Of a DNA stretch of 64,000 bases, positions 27,670 to 35,881 are shown piece after piece. Below the pieces are notes generated by a model. The model worked only from the letters and a program-made list of their open reading frames with translations. It did no database searches and was not told the DNA's origin. Origin of the DNA: a virus. Its lineage: Duplodnaviria; Caudoviricetes. Numbering within the stretch: the stretch's first letter is position 1; every line of letters begins with the position of its first letter. Location of the stretch: positions 1 through 64,000 of the IMG/VR virus record IMGVR_UViG_2551306637_000004; one strand, written 5' to 3'. The translations under genes and the position numbers were made by a program.

Positions 27670-28398
27670 CTAGCCTGTCACCGGGTCGGTGGGGGAGGAG
27701 ACCACGAAGATCGTCGGCGTCACGGCGACGGTTCGGGCCAGTGTGTCGCTCAGCTGCGCGAGGCTCGCACCGAGCTGAGTTGTGAGGTCTTCCTTCAGCT
27801 TGTCGAGGTCGACCCAGTCCCAGCGGGAGAAGTTAGAGTTCTCAACCTGCTTTGACTGCACGAGCCGCAGCTGGAAGGAGGGCAGCGCATCGATCGCGGC
27901 GCGCGCGGCGAGGGCGCGGTTCGCGGCCGATCGCGTACGGCTGTCGCCGACCACGAGGGCGTTCGTGAAGTCCGTACCGTAGTCGGCGCGCAGCGAGTAG
28001 TACGCCGGGATCAGTTCGATCGCCTCGTCGGGCAGCTCGTCGACGGAAACCCCCATCAGGCCGCGTACAGCGTCCGCGTCGGCGCTCATAGGGATGAACG
28101 GGTGTAGGCCGTAGGCCACCTTCTGCTGACGGCTCTGCCCCGACGTCTTGAACGCGAGGGAGACGAACCGGGTCTCGGTGTCGTTTCCCGCTGCGATGCC
28201 GTTCGCGCTCGCCGGCAGCAGGATGTGGGCGGTCGTGCCCGGTACATCGAGCGCAGCGTGGTCCAGGCCGGCCAGGACAGCGCCGCTCTGGTCACGCACG
28301 GTGTACGTCACGGACCCGGCGTCGGGCTGGGCCTGAACGCCACCGGTCATCAGCTCGACTTCGAATGTCAGGTCTTCACCAGCCTGGAACCACTGCAT
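27670..28398 (-). CDS. Putative head-tail adaptor
   Basis: Second gene after the capsid gene; DAVRGLMGVSVDELPD pattern. Confidence 0.5.
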   Translation of the reverse strand: MQWFQAGEDLTFEVELMTGGVQAQPDAGSVTYTVRDQSGAVLAGLDHAALDVPGTTAHILLPASANGIAAGNDTETRFVSLAFKTSGQSRQQKVAYGLHPFIPMSADADAVRGLMGVSVDELPDEAIELIPAYYSLRADYGTDFTNALVVGDSRTRSAANRALAARAAIDALPSFQLRLVQSKQVENSNFSRWDWVDLDKLKEDLTTQLGASLAQLSDTLARTVAVTPTIFVVSSPTDPVTG

Positions 28399-28409
28399 GG
28401 CGCGTCTCC

Positions 28410-28745
28410 TTACGAGCGGCGACGGCGGGAGGTTGCCGGCGCGGTGTCGGCGTCTTCTCCTGCCTCGGTCGGCTCGGCGTCGATGCCGTACACGGCCAGG
28501 AACGATTCGTTGGCCACGTCGAAGTCGCCATCCGCTTCTTTCAGGAAGCGGACGTATTCAGCGTCGGTGGCCTCGGGCTTCAGCTCCGCGACGATCTCAA
28601 CCTGATTCAGACCGACACGAGTGTTGATGAACGGGGTTTGACGAACGACCGATGGGCGGAACGCGTCCAGCTCGTCGCCGCTCATGCCGTCGAGCAACAT
28701 GAACTTGCCGGTGGTGTGTGCGAGGATCTTCTTCATCTTCATCAT
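28410..28745 (-). CDS. Hypothetical protein after the major capsid gene
   Basis: 111 aa ORF with host-like codon usage. Confidence 0.6.
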   Translation of the reverse strand: MMKMKKILAHTTGKFMLLDGMSGDELDAFRPSVVRQTPFINTRVGLNQVEIVAELKPEATDAEYVRFLKEADGDFDVANESFLAVYGIDAEPTEAGEDADTAPATSRRRRS

Positions 28746-28763
28746 CTATCCATGAAAGGGCAT

Positions 28764-28793
28764 AAAAAAGCCCGCCCGAGAGGGGCGGGCTTT
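28764..28793 (-). terminator. Intrinsic terminator after the major capsid gene
   Basis: AAAAAAGCCCGCCC-GAGA-GGGGCGGGCTTT. Confidence 0.8.
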
Positions 28794-28813
28794 CAGGCTC
28801 TCGACCGGGGGCC

Positions 28814-30007
28814 TTACGCGGTCACGTCGAGGACTTGGCGCGTGTCCGGGAACGCCAGCTTGTAGCCGGTGTTTTCCGTACGCACGTAGGTGATCGACTG
28901 ATTCAGGATCGAACGCTCGTTCTCCGAGATGTTCGAGCCGGCTTCGATCAGCTCTTCCAGCGTTTCTGCCTTCGTGAAGCCAACCAGCTTGCCTTCCGGC
29001 ACGGCCGACGACAGGTGGAAGTTCACCGACTGATTGAGGATCGGCACCTGCGTGTTGATCTTCGGCGTACCCTGCGCGACCAGCGCTTCGATGTCGGTCG
29101 CGTGCGCGCCCGAGATGCCCGTCACCGGCTGGAACATGAACAGCAGCTCCACGAACATGTCGTAGTTGCCGATGATCGTGTCGATCGGGTAGCCGGCCTT
29201 CGCGCGGGCCATAAGCCACTTCGCGAGCGCCTTGTAGTTCGACGAGAACGCCTTGCTCGCGTCGCCGCCGAAATCCGACACCTTGACCACGCCGGCAGCG
29301 CCGTTGACGCCGTCGCCGTTGATCAGGATGGCCGTCGCGGCACGCACCTTCGAGATCTCCAGCTCGCGGCCGACGCGCGCTGCAAACGGCGTCATGATGT
29401 CGAGCGAAGCGCGGCGGTTGAACTCGTACGAGGTACGGTAGCCCGAGCCGTGCTTGAAGATGCCGACCGTCTGTTGCGACGTACGGATCGTTCGAACCGG
29501 GATGCGGCCCAGTTCCGGGATCGTGTGCGTCGTGCGCTCGTTCGAGTCGTCCTCGACGAACGTCGAGATCATCTCGGTGCCGTTGATCGTGCGCGACTGC
29601 GCGACGAGCGGAGCGACCTGTTCGATCTGGTCCTGGCGGTTCTTCCAGCGCAAGATGTCGTCCATGACTTCCGGGAACATCGCGCGGGTGCCCGGATACG
29701 TCTGGAACGTTTCTGAAGCGGCTTGCAGCAGGACGCCTTGCGACAGATCCTGGCGAACCGGCAGGTTGAGGTAGGCCAGGGCGGCTTCGTAGCCGTTCAG
29801 GCCATCGTAGCGGCCGGCGTCGTCAGCACGGCGCGGGTCGATCGCGAGCGTGAGGTAGTCACGCAGGTTGAGGCCCGAGTCCGCGGCGAGGCGCACGAGG
29901 CGCTGGCCAGCGTTGATCGAGCGCTGGACGTCGGTGGTGTCGTCCGGTTTGAGGCCGGCGAGAACTTCCGCTGGTGCGCGGCGTTCGATGTCGATCAGAT
30001 CTGCCAT
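28814..30007 (-). CDS. Major capsid protein
   Basis: 397 aa after the decoration gene, followed by a strong terminator; HK97-like IPELG..P / K.G..Y..SYE / ILINGDG. Confidence 0.85.
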   Translation of the reverse strand: MADLIDIERRAPAEVLAGLKPDDTTDVQRSINAGQRLVRLAADSGLNLRDYLTLAIDPRRADDAGRYDGLNGYEAALAYLNLPVRQDLSQGVLLQAASETFQTYPGTRAMFPEVMDDILRWKNRQDQIEQVAPLVAQSRTINGTEMISTFVEDDSNERTTHTIPELGRIPVRTIRTSQQTVGIFKHGSGYRTSYEFNRRASLDIMTPFAARVGRELEISKVRAATAILINGDGVNGAAGVVKVSDFGGDASKAFSSNYKALAKWLMARAKAGYPIDTIIGNYDMFVELLFMFQPVTGISGAHATDIEALVAQGTPKINTQVPILNQSVNFHLSSAVPEGKLVGFTKAETLEELIEAGSNISENERSILNQSITYVRTENTGYKLAFPDTRQVLDVTA

Positions 30008-30036
30008 GTTTTGATCCGTTGTCAGTTGTTTTTGAA

Positions 30037-30123
30037 CCCCCGTCAGCCCGGTGGTGGGCGGAACTGACGGGGGCTTTGCAGCTCTTCCAGCAGATGACCC
30101 CGGTGGTGGGCGAGGTCATCTGC
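30037..30123 (-). promoter_or_regulatory. Tandem pair of hairpins with identical CCCACCAC loops in the capsid leader
   Basis: GCAGAUGACCUCG-CCCACCAC-CGGGGUCAUCUGC (30090-30123) and CCCCCGUCAGUUCCG-CCCACCAC-CGGGCUGACGGGGG (30037-30073). Confidence 0.65.
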
Positions 30124-30132
30124 CGCCGTTCT

Positions 30133-30555
30133 TTACAGCTCGATGGCGACCACGTTGCCGCTGGCCAGCACTTCGACGACGCACCACGGCGAGTAGCCGC
30201 CGAAGGCGTCCTTCGCGGGGTCGGCCTTGCGAACCGTGCCGCCGCCACCGCCGACGATGCGATCACCCGGCGTCGCGGCGTAGCCCGCTTTGACCAGGAA
30301 GTCGAGACCGCCTTCCAGCGAGACCGTTCCGACGTTCAGGCCTTCGGTCACGCGGTTTTCGATCGTTTCGAGTCGGCCGACCAGCAGGTCGCCGTCGCCT
30401 GCCAGCTTCACCGTGTTCGGCGCGGTCGGGTCGATCGACACGGCCTTGCCTTCGTCCTGGCCTTTCTTGATGCCTGCGGCCAGGTTGAACGCGTACTGCG
30501 AATCCTCGTCGTAGATACCACGAAGGGAGACGCCGTTACCGATAGCGTTGCTCAT
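30133..30555 (-). CDS. Head decoration/cement protein
   Basis: 140 aa Gly-rich beta protein between the scaffold and capsid genes. Confidence 0.65.
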   Translation of the reverse strand: MSNAIGNGVSLRGIYDEDSQYAFNLAAGIKKGQDEGKAVSIDPTAPNTVKLAGDGDLLVGRLETIENRVTEGLNVGTVSLEGGLDFLVKAGYAATPGDRIVGGGGGTVRKADPAKDAFGGYSPWCVVEVLASGNVVAIEL

Positions 30556-30583
30556 GAATTACTCTCTCGTGTTGCGGGTTCGC

Positions 30584-31711
30584 TTAACGCGGCGCGGACT
30601 TGAACGCGCTCGACGCGTGAAGCGTCGTCCCCTTCGTTGCACCAGTGCCGGTTTCGGACCCTTGCGAGCGGCCGCCGTTACCAGCGCCCGCCTTCAGGAC
30701 TTCAACCTGCGCTTCTGCGGTCGCGAGCTTCGCCTTCAGATCGGCGACCTCGGTTTCAGCAGTCTTTGCCGAAGCTTCCAGCTCCGTCACCTTCGCTTGC
30801 GCCTCGGCCAGCGAAGTTTGCGCGGCCTTCAGCTCCGTGCCTTCCTTCAGCGTCTTGTTCTCGGTGCTCAACGCGTCGTTGGTCGTCTTGAGCGCCGCGA
30901 TTTCCGCGTCTTTCAGCGAAATCGTGTGTTCGTGGATCTTCTGGCCCGCCTTCAGGTTGGCCAGCTCTTCGATCAGTTCCTTATCCATCGTCTTCGGACT
31001 CCGAGGGGATGTGGTGGTGGTGGCAATCAGCATCAAATGCTCGGGTGCGACGCCCGAAGCTGCCAAGCGGTCGTACTGCTCTTGGCCGAGCCGCTGCTTT
31101 GTGCGGCCCAAAATCTTCGCGTTGTTCGCCGCGCCTTTCGACACGAGCGACGTTTCAGTCCATCGATCCAGCCCGTTGATCTTCAGATACGCGCCGTCTT
31201 CGCCGAGCACGTGATCATTCCCGCACACGCGGTCGTAGAAGTTCGAGAAGCTGGCCTCGGGACCACGCCAGTCCCAGCTGCACTTCGAACAGAGCAGCTG
31301 TTGACCGACAAACCCGACGCTGACCTCGTCGATGATCCCGTTTTCGAGCTTCGGGACATTCGAGTCGTCTTTCGGCAGGTAGAAGAGGCAGACCAGTTCG
31401 CTCGATCCGTCGCCGAGCGTCGACGGGAGGACTTCGCCGTAGAAGAAACGACCGAGGGGGAGTTCGTCTCCGTTCGGGTGAAGGGTCTGGAGGGGGACGA
31501 AGCCGCCACTGTTGAGGTAGCTGGCCATCTGGTTGAGCGTATCAACCTGGATCTGGCCTTTGTCAAAAATCGAACCGGGCTTCGTCAACGGGCGCGTGTT
31601 AGTGACCGAGGCCTCGAACACGACGATCGCGTTGAAGTCGACCTGATCACCCCCGGTGTTGCGGGTGATCAGATTCTGAATTCTCGGTGTGATCGGAACG
31701 CTCTTAGCCAT
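30584..31711 (-). CDS. Prohead protease-scaffold protein
   Basis: IDEVSVGF, ETSLVSKGA protease-like motifs; C-terminal coiled coil. Confidence 0.7.
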   Translation of the reverse strand: MAKSVPITPRIQNLITRNTGGDQVDFNAIVVFEASVTNTRPLTKPGSIFDKGQIQVDTLNQMASYLNSGGFVPLQTLHPNGDELPLGRFFYGEVLPSTLGDGSSELVCLFYLPKDDSNVPKLENGIIDEVSVGFVGQQLLCSKCSWDWRGPEASFSNFYDRVCGNDHVLGEDGAYLKINGLDRWTETSLVSKGAANNAKILGRTKQRLGQEQYDRLAASGVAPEHLMLIATTTTSPRSPKTMDKELIEELANLKAGQKIHEHTISLKDAEIAALKTTNDALSTENKTLKEGTELKAAQTSLAEAQAKVTELEASAKTAETEVADLKAKLATAEAQVEVLKAGAGNGGRSQGSETGTGATKGTTLHASSAFKSAPR

Positions 31712-31790
31712 GCCAGTGTGGTGCTTTTCATGCTGCCCGGTGAATGTAGCCCGTATTATTTCGACCAGCTAAATGAGAGTCAAAGAGTTT

Positions 31791-33374
31791 TTAGGGATTC
31801 ACCGCGTTACTCGCGGCGGACTTCGAACCTTTTGAAGAAAGCGACCGGCCGAGTGGATCGGAGTTGGGGCTGACCTTGCTGACGTCGGGGCCGTGTGGGC
31901 CGCTCGTCTTTCCAGAGCCTCCTTCGGAGCCACCTGCGTTCGGTTGGTCAAGGTTATCTTGAGCGGTCAAGACCTGGACGTTCGTTCCCGGCATGAAGTT
32001 CGTACCACTGAGGATCGGGGCCGAGTCGGGGCGGATGCGCCCATACATCTCCAGGTGGTACTCGTCGTCGTCGATGATGCCCAGCGACAGGTCAGCTTTC
32101 AGGCGCGACGCGCGCATCGTGAGCTGAGGTTCCAGCTCGGTAAGCGGGCGCATCTCGGCGGGGCGGAACTTGCACACCACGCGGGACTGCGAGCCTTGCA
32201 GGCGAATCGCGAGCGTCAGCATGTCCGAGAACAGGTCGGCGATCGGCTGGTTGATCTCTTCGGCCGTCATGCTGAAGAGTCGCGCTTCGACCGAGGCTGT
32301 GTTCACGCCAGCGTTGCCTCGGCCGAGAATCGTCCCCATCGTGCGCAGGCCGGCTTGGTTCTGCGCGTTCAGCGTCTCGATGATCGACGAGATGTCGATG
32401 CCCATCCCCGGTGCCTTGTCGTTGATCATACTGACCTCCGACGAGTCCGTATGGACGAATGCCTGATCCGGTCGGATGTTCGCAATCTGGCCGCTGATCC
32501 CGTTGAGCACGCTCGCGACGTACTGCTGCAACTTGACCGGGTTGGCTTTCGTGTCGAGCGGCGCATTACGCGTGATGACGTCTTCCAGCACCTTCACTTC
32601 GAGACGAGGGTAGCCGGTCAACTGCATGATCCGGTACAGGTCGTTGATCACCTGCTGCCGGCCGGCGATCGTGTTGATCGCGGACACAAACGGCGAGTAG
32701 GTGTAGATCGTCGTCGGGTCACGCCGGAAGAACTTGCAGAAGAACGTCGGGATCGTCAGATCGATGGTGTCACCTGCCGACGTGCGTTGCTCAGGCGTGA
32801 AGACGCCCGGTTGAGGTTCGATCCACCAGAGTGTCTTCGGGTCGAGCATGCGGAATTCGGTCGGCACGAAGGTCTTGTCGAGCACCATTTCGCACGGGAG
32901 CGATCCGCCGGCGAGGATCATGTACCGGAAGTTCTCGGCCAGCTCCTTGAACGACGGCCTGAAGTCGAAGCCCTTGGAGTAGTCGTTGCGAACCTCGTAG
33001 CCTTGCATAACTGCGTTGAGGATCTTCTGGCCGTCACGGTCGATCATCCCGTTCACGTCGTAGACGACTGCCATCAGGTCGGTGTTGGCCACGGTCAGGT
33101 AGGCGTTGGCTGCGGCCGACACGTCCGGGTCCTGGACGAGCAGGGTCTTGATCAGGGCGCGCGAGTCGTTCGCCGTACGCGAGCTGAAGATGTCGGTCAG
33201 GTGCTCCCGATACGTCGGCATCGTGAGCAGCTGAGTCGGCGCGCTCGGGTTATAAGTACCCGGCATCGACATGCCGCCCTTCGCAGAGCGACGCGGCAGG
33301 ATAATGGAGAGCGCCGCGCCGAGCGCCCCGCCGATTCCCTTAGAAGAAGACTTGGGGGTGGTGGTCGTTGCCAT
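31791..33374 (-). CDS. Portal protein
   Basis: 527 aa directly after the terminase gene; helical, disordered C-tail. Confidence 0.75.
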   Translation of the reverse strand: MATTTTPKSSSKGIGGALGAALSIILPRRSAKGGMSMPGTYNPSAPTQLLTMPTYREHLTDIFSSRTANDSRALIKTLLVQDPDVSAAANAYLTVANTDLMAVVYDVNGMIDRDGQKILNAVMQGYEVRNDYSKGFDFRPSFKELAENFRYMILAGGSLPCEMVLDKTFVPTEFRMLDPKTLWWIEPQPGVFTPEQRTSAGDTIDLTIPTFFCKFFRRDPTTIYTYSPFVSAINTIAGRQQVINDLYRIMQLTGYPRLEVKVLEDVITRNAPLDTKANPVKLQQYVASVLNGISGQIANIRPDQAFVHTDSSEVSMINDKAPGMGIDISSIIETLNAQNQAGLRTMGTILGRGNAGVNTASVEARLFSMTAEEINQPIADLFSDMLTLAIRLQGSQSRVVCKFRPAEMRPLTELEPQLTMRASRLKADLSLGIIDDDEYHLEMYGRIRPDSAPILSGTNFMPGTNVQVLTAQDNLDQPNAGGSEGGSGKTSGPHGPDVSKVSPNSDPLGRSLSSKGSKSAASNAVNP

Positions 33375-35124
33375 AGATCAAGTTGCCAGTGGTGTGTTTG
33401 GTATTGGCCAGCGTGAGTTGACTGGTCTCGTTCATGCCCACGGTCGCGCCGACGATCTGGATGACACTGCGCGTTTCCGTGTTGAAGAGTGCGGATGCGT
33501 TGGTGGTGTGCAGCTTCACGGCAGACAACATGAAGCCCAGCGCGTGGAAGAAGTGATCGTTGCCGTTCAGCTTCTTCCATTCCGCTTCTTTCTCGGGTTC
33601 TTCATTGCGAACCATGTCTTTCAGGTGCTCAACGATCGCCGAGCGGTGCGTCCCGTAGCCGGAGAACTTGATCTTGCGCAGCCGGATGGCTCGGGCCACT
33701 TCGTCGAGCAGGAGCGTCCGGTTGGACTGCATGTGCGTGATCTCGCCGGCAGGGTCCTTGACGAGATTGATTTCCTTCGAGCCACGGTACTCGTTCGGCA
33801 GGACGCGGCGATGCGACACGTCGCGCACCGCCTCGGCGGTCGGCGTGTACGGGTGACGGTCACAACCACCGGCAACGACCCGGTAAGTGGTCAGGATGCG
33901 CGCGATCTCTTCCAGCAAGCGGCCGACCGGCACGGTCAGGAACTCGACCACATGGATCGATGACACGTCGTAGCCCTCGCCGACGACGATGTGGCAGGTC
34001 TGGCCGATGTCGATGCCGATCCACGCCGGCATCGTGTTGCTCGACGGACGGACCAGCTGGAATTCGGTGAAAGCCGCGTTGATGTCCGCGTCGTTCAGGC
34101 GCTGGTCGCCCCCGGTGTGGGAGCGCCCGAGCACGGTGTTGTACCAGCCGCGGATGAAGTCCTTGCGCTTGTAGATGAAGAGCTGCCGCAGGATGTACTT
34201 CGGCGGCAGGCGCTCGGTCGAGAAGGCACGTACGCGGTAGCCGCGCGCGTGCTTGCGCTGCGGGTACTTCGGCACCCATGCGCGGCGCTCGTGGTCGCCG
34301 AGGTTCAGCGGCGCACCGCAGTGCTCGCAGTGGATCGAGACGGCGTCGAGGTCGATCGTGCCGGCGTCGATCATGGCCTCTTCGATCTCCTCGAAGTCCA
34401 GGCTGTCGGGAAGACCAGGGATTCGGACGAACGGGCGCTCGAAATCGGGCACCTGCCAGTGGTTGCAGCAGGCGCACTTCAACATGTACTCGTGCTGGTC
34501 GCTGACCTTGAACGTCTGGTCGATGCCGTAATCCTGGAAGGTCGGCGTCGAAAACCGGTGGTTCAGCTTCCAGTCGGAGCCTTGAAGTCGCGAGTTGAAG
34601 AGGGCAAGCATCGACTGATCGGTCAAGTCCACTTCGTCGTTCACGACCATGTCTGCGGAGATGGACGTCGCGGCCCCTTCACCAGCAGCCGTGAGGTAGA
34701 GGAAGCTCTTGCCGACCTGAATGATCTCTTTCGTGCGCGTTGGCTTCTTGCCACCGAGCGATTCGAGGTTGAATGCGTGCTCCTCGTCGACGAGCGGGCG
34801 AACGCGGCCGACCGAGATCCGCTCCATCATGGCCTCGTCGGGCAGCGTATAGATGACATTCACGCCACGGTTTCGAGCGATGAACGCGAGCACCTTGCGG
34901 ATCTGCACTTCGGTCAGTCCGACCTGCGACGGCTTGATGCAGTCGAGGTTGTCGTGCATGTCGTCCGCGATCTGCTTCTGGAACGGATAGCGCTTGAAAG
35001 AGAAGGCCCTGTCGTTGTGCGTGGTGTTTTCGCAGATCCAGTCGCCATAGGTCATCGACGCGCGGTCCTTCGACCAGCGGTTCGCGGCGCGTTCGTAGAG
35101 CTGTTGGAGATACTGGTTTGACAT
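33340..35124 (-). CDS. terL: Terminase large subunit (GpA-like)
   Basis: KPSQVGLTE, VVNDEVD, FSTPT, CACCNHWQ/CEHC, GIDIG, NDHFFHAL. Confidence 0.88.
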   Translation of the reverse strand: MSNQYLQQLYERAANRWSKDRASMTYGDWICENTTHNDRAFSFKRYPFQKQIADDMHDNLDCIKPSQVGLTEVQIRKVLAFIARNRGVNVIYTLPDEAMMERISVGRVRPLVDEEHAFNLESLGGKKPTRTKEIIQVGKSFLYLTAAGEGAATSISADMVVNDEVDLTDQSMLALFNSRLQGSDWKLNHRFSTPTFQDYGIDQTFKVSDQHEYMLKCACCNHWQVPDFERPFVRIPGLPDSLDFEEIEEAMIDAGTIDLDAVSIHCEHCGAPLNLGDHERRAWVPKYPQRKHARGYRVRAFSTERLPPKYILRQLFIYKRKDFIRGWYNTVLGRSHTGGDQRLNDADINAAFTEFQLVRPSSNTMPAWIGIDIGQTCHIVVGEGYDVSSIHVVEFLTVPVGRLLEEIARILTTYRVVAGGCDRHPYTPTAEAVRDVSHRRVLPNEYRGSKEINLVKDPAGEITHMQSNRTLLLDEVARAIRLRKIKFSGYGTHRSAIVEHLKDMVRNEEPEKEAEWKKLNGNDHFFHALGFMLSAVKLHTTNASALFNTETRSVIQIVGATVGMNETSQLTLANTKHTTGNLIYGNDHHPQVFF

Positions 35125-35329
35125 AGGGATGATTCGGCCATCTAAGCAGGCGCTATTCTCACGCGGCCGGTCATCGCAGCACAAAGAAAATCTGACGGGT
35201 ATGTCGGTTGTTGTCCCTTTCGCGGGCTTCAGACGATAGAGGCGAGCGTTTAGCAGATAAACGTCGTGATTTCCATTCTTCGCGGAGAGGCTGGCCGGTA
35301 TCCTTGCACTCCTCTTCAGCGAGAACCCC

Positions 35330-35881
35330 ATGAGCAACGACTTTCACTACCCGGTCATTACCGATCATGTCGAGTGGTCGATCAAGATGATCATCACGTT
35401 GGCCACGGAGAACGCGGCCTATCTCGACGATGAAGCATGCCCCTACGGTGTCGATTTCAAGAAAGTGATCTCGAACCTGATTCATCGTCAGGTTGAACCT
35501 GAACAAAAGAAGGTTGACATAGCGGATTTCGAGATCACCGAGGACCAGATCGATTCGAGTCTCGACATCGACCTGTATCGAGTCTTCACCGACCTGAAGA
35601 ACTACGGCAAGACCATCCCTCAATCCGATCAGACGGAGCGCATGGCGTACTTCCGCACGGCGACCAGCCTCCTCGAACGTCTGGTGACAGCTCGTGAGCG
35701 CGCGTTGGGGATCAAGCAGATCCGCGACTTCCAAGACACTGTCCTGAGCATCATGGAAGAGTGCATGTCGCCGGATCAGCGCACCGAGGTCATGGAACGC
35801 CTGCGCAGCGCAATCACCACTCGTCGCTCCGACGATGACGCTGCGTCCACCACCACACAAGAGTCTTCGAATGAGAACTGA
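35330..35881 (+). CDS. Hypothetical helical protein (possible terminase small subunit)
   Basis: 183 aa, divergent from terL, overlaps the primase start. Confidence 0.55.
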   Translation: MSNDFHYPVITDHVEWSIKMIITLATENAAYLDDEACPYGVDFKKVISNLIHRQVEPEQKKVDIADFEITEDQIDSSLDIDLYRVFTDLKNYGKTIPQSDQTERMAYFRTATSLLERLVTARERALGIKQIRDFQDTVLSIMEECMSPDQRTEVMERLRSAITTRRSDDDAASTTTQESSNEN

